From NCBI GenBank assembly GCA_052327205.1, contig CM126211.1, positions 10,070,192 through 10,108,000 of the forward strand: a stretch of DNA of 37,809 nt, in the 5' to 3' direction. Made by a program: the position numbers and the translations under genes. Position 1 is the first letter of the stretch. Each line of letters opens with the position of its first letter. The notes under the pieces were generated by a model. It worked only from the letters and a program-made list of their open reading frames with translations. It was not told the DNA's origin and searched no databases. Positions 34,612 through 37,809 of this stretch are shown one piece after another. This DNA comes from Somniosus microcephalus. Taxonomy: Eukaryota.

Positions 34612-35620
34612 GGGGGAAAAATTTCACTATCGCCCCATTTGGGGCGCCATTATTGGCGGTGCGCAAAGTTTAGCGTCTGGCGCTAATTATCGCCTCTGAC
34701 AGCAAACTTGGTTTTTATCGCCCCTGGAGGTGATTGGAGCGCTAAATCAGGCGCTGCACACCTCTCTTAAGGCGCAAAGGCCGAGGACCGAGGCGCTACC
34801 TCAGAGCGCTGGCGAAGCTCATGCGATGTCAGTCAGCAATGGAACACAGACACAATGGCACCGGCCAGTTCTTAAAGGGGAGTTCTGACGAATGGTCATC
34901 GACCTGAAACGTTAACTCTGTTTCTCTTTTCACAGATGCTGCTTGACCTGCTGAGTTTCTCCTGCATTTTCTGTTTTTATCTTAAAGGGGAGGGTTGATC
35001 TTGCTCTCCATCCACATACATCCTGCTCATTGCAGCCTTGAATCTCGGACTGAATCTCAGCCTGGAGAGACCTGTACATCAAATCTGCTGGAAAGAACAA
35101 TGGAGAGAACCAGGGAAAGAGCTCAGACCCCACCATAGTCTCTTCTAAATCGATACAAGGGCAAATCAAAATCAACCTGCAAAGTGCTGCTCAGTACCCA
35201 AAACTCCTTCACACAGCGTTGAATCTCTCCAGAACTTTCTCTCTCTCTCAGGATGCGTGGTGCAAAAATGTCACCGACAAAAAAAGGCAGGAAGTGGTCG
35301 CCTTTAAATAGCGCCCCCCTAGTCCCTTTATGACTGCATAATGCTCCCCTCAACCTGTCGTTGCTAGCGGCAGGTGGTAAGGCAGGGGGCGCCACTCAAT
35401 TTCCGGTCCGGCGTGCTAACGGGGTGTTGCGCACTCGACTGACGTCACGATCTGCCGGCGCAGGAGATCGTGGCGGTAGTGTTTAGCGCCGCCACAAAAT
35501 GTCTAGTTAATTTTGCGAGCAGTGCAAACATCGCTGCGCCCGGGCGCTAGTTGCTTTGCGCCCCACTTGGCACCCTCTTAAGGTGCTAACGGGAGGTGCA
35601 AACAACTGAATTTTCCCCCC
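34612..35620. mobile_element. PIF/Harbinger-like MITE
   Basis: TIRs gggggaaaaattt / aattttcccccc with TSD TAT; excision restores the CR1 reading ETYKIL. Confidence 0.85.
34883..34979 (+). mobile_element. Penelope-like 97-bp fragment with a hammerhead motif
   Basis: 13-bp TSD tcttaaaggggag (34870-34882 and 34980-34992); GAGUU CUGACGA AU GGUC AUC GACC U GAAA C GUU AACUC at 34880-34918. Confidence 0.85.
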
Positions 35621-36427
35621 TATATGTTTCAATCAAGTCACCTCTTATTCTTCTAAACTCCAGCGGATACAAGCCTAGTCTGTCCAACCTTTCCTCATAA
35701 GACAACCCGTCCATTCCAGGTATTAGTCTAGTAAACCTTCTCTGAACTGCTTCCAACGCATTTACATCCTTCCTTAAATAAGGAGACCAATACTGTACAC
35801 AGTACTCCAGATGTGGTCTCACCAATGCCCTGTATAACTGAAGCATAACCTCTCTACTTTTGTATTCTAGAAGGACAGGGGCAGCAGGTGCATGGAAACA
35901 CCACCACCTCCAAGTTCCCCTCCACATCACACACCATCCTGACTCAGATATATATCGGCCGTTCCTTCATCGTTGCTGGGTCGAAATCCTGGAACTCCCT
36001 CCCTAACAGCACTGTGGGAGCACCTTCACCACACGGACTGCAGCGGTTCAAGAAGGAGGCTCACCACCACCTTCTCAAGGGCAATTAGGGATGGGCAATA
36101 AATGCTGGCCTTGCCAGTGATGCCCACATCTCGAGAATGAATTTTAAAAAAAAACTTGCTTATTTGTCTAACCTATTCCTGCTGTCATGCGGCAAACATC
36201 ACACAGCAGCCAAACAGCTCCCACGGGTTGGGATAGAAATTTGTTGGTGGGGTTGAGGGGAAGAGAGAAAGTCATGCTCGGGTTATTCTTGTACATCTCC
36301 CAGTAGCCAAAGCGTTAACAAAGGCTTTGTCACTCGTTAGCCCCCCAACCTCTTGGTGAGGGGAGGTGTGAAGCGCAAGTAGAAAAATGGAGTGAGCATT
36401 ACAAATAAATAACAACTTAACATTTTA

Positions 36428-36776
36428 CATGGTCTCCCACCTACCACCCTCCATAAACTTGAGCTCATCCAAAACTCTGCAGCCCATTATTCTAATTCTG
36501 GCCTCGTGCGTACCCGCAATTTCCTTCCCTGCACCATTGGCAGCCGTGCCTTCAGCTGCCTGGGCCCTGAGCTCTGGACTTCCCTCCCTAAACCTCTCCG
36601 CCTCTCTCTCCTCCTTTAAGTCCTTCCTTAAAACCCACCTCTTTGACCGAGCTTTTGGTCACCTGTCCTAATGTCTCCTTATGTTTCAATTTTCTTTGTC
36701 TGATTACTCTCCTGTGAAGCGCCTTGGGATGTTTTACTATGTTAATGGTGCTATATAAATGCAAGTTGTTGTTGTT
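36428..36776 (+). mobile_element. L2 3' fragment with an internal deletion
   Basis: ELIQNSAA, GSRAFSCLGPELWTSLP and SFKSFLKTHLF remnants; gctatataaatgcaagttgttgttg tail. Confidence 0.85.
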
Positions 36777-37598
36777 ACTGTTGTTCTAAAGAGACGGCTG
36801 CTGGGTTACAAATTTTTGTTATTGTCCATTTATAATTGTTTTCAACTTGAAATGGAATGGCCAGAACTTTGCCAGTCTTTCTTTTCTGGTTTTAGAAATG
36901 TTATCAATCTGTGAGGTTTCTGATTAAATTTGACCCATTTGCTCTGGGGCACTGTGAACCTAATAGATTTTTTAAAAATTAAAACTGGTTTCGATTCTCA
37001 TAACCATGCAAAAGAAAATGATCTATTTAAATAAGCAATGATCGGAGATGGATGACACCAGCGCTGAAGCAAAGAGGAGGCTTAAAGTTTCAACATAGTC
37101 TCAAGACGAAGGCGGACCCCTGAAGTTAGGTCATTAAAGGTCACTCGCAACACAAGGGAGATTAGGCAGTTTAGGAATTAAATGAAATGAGAAGTCTGAC
37201 ATGTCGCTAAACGCAGGAAATGAAGTCTTGATTACAGAGAGAAAACGCCGTTACGCTGTTTCCCTGGTGATTGACGAGAAAAAGTGATTACAGACTGAAA
37301 GGCTGCATGATATGAAATTAAAATGTTTCATATCGAACAATCCAAAATGAATAGGAAAGGGTTAGAGGACATAAGGGAGAAATCAATTCGGCGATGCAAG
37401 TGGTGAATGGAAATAAAGTATGAATAGGCTTTGCCAGTGGGGTGCAACAGCTGCCAAATGTCCTGGAGCCCAAAAAAAATTACAATAATACTGATGCAGT
37501 GTGGAAGAGCTTTCAAAATCATTCCAGGGATCACAGGAAGAGTCATCTCAGTAAGATTCCAAATCAGCATTTAGCTTGGCATTGATAAAAGAACTGGA

Positions 37599-37809
37599 CA
37601 TAGAATCGCACAGCACAGGAGGAGACCATTCGGCCCATCATGCCTCTTTGAAGGTGCTCTCCAATTAATCCCACTCCCCCATGGCATTTCCCCATTGCCC
37701 TGCAAATGTTTTCCTTTTCAAGTATTATTCCAGCTCCCTTTTGGAAAGTTACTATTGAATCTTTCAGGCAGCGCGTTCCAGATCACAACAACTCGCTGCG
37801 TCAAGAAAA
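37599..37809 (-). mobile_element. CR1 3' end running off the window
   Basis: catagaatc..cagcacaggaggagaccattcggccc, colinear with 11196-11420. Confidence 0.8.

Larger units (their letters stand above)
34251..35866 (-). mobile_element. CR1 3' fragment, nested and split by a MITE
   Basis: LYRALVRPHLEYCVQYWSP..GDLIETY|KILRDLDRVD..WNSLP; acgaacatacgaa tail. Confidence 0.9.
34135..36145 (+). mobile_element. Second CR1-clade family 3' fragment, split
   Basis: 34135-34250 and 35867-36145 are colinear with 26965-27375; ccacc|ctagaaggac is interrupted by an antisense CR1. Confidence 0.82.

Noticed and set aside
1-37809. CRISPR array or prokaryotic defence system
   Set aside because: No regularly spaced repeats and no operon-like gene density; the RT ORFs are all vertebrate LINE remnants.

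Overview
Eukaryotic genomic DNA, most likely from a cartilaginous fish (shark), judged from its repeat families. The only host coding sequence I can support is one 103-bp minus-strand exon (5338-5440) matching PCCA (propionyl-CoA carboxylase alpha, equivalent to human exon 19). The rest is intron packed with nested transposons: CR1 LINEs (one near full-length, with a SGNH-esterase ORF1 and a decayed APE-RT ORF2), L2 3' ends, tRNA-headed Deu-domain SINEs, Penelope-like fragments carrying minimal hammerhead ribozyme motifs, and MITEs of PIF/Harbinger-like (3-bp TSD), pogo/Tigger-like (TA) and hAT-like (8-bp TSD) type. Bases 1-2330 are G/T low-complexity sequence and assembly gaps. The most unusual object is an unclassified 838-bp insertion (21839-22676): two ~350-bp inverted arms, an 83-nt loop, a 57-nt structured extension, a 5-nt terminal redundancy and an ATTGC flanking duplication. 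It sits inside a composite Harbinger-like element, which itself sits inside a CR1 tail. Family names come from my recall of motifs, not from a database search, and boundaries without a TSD are approximate.
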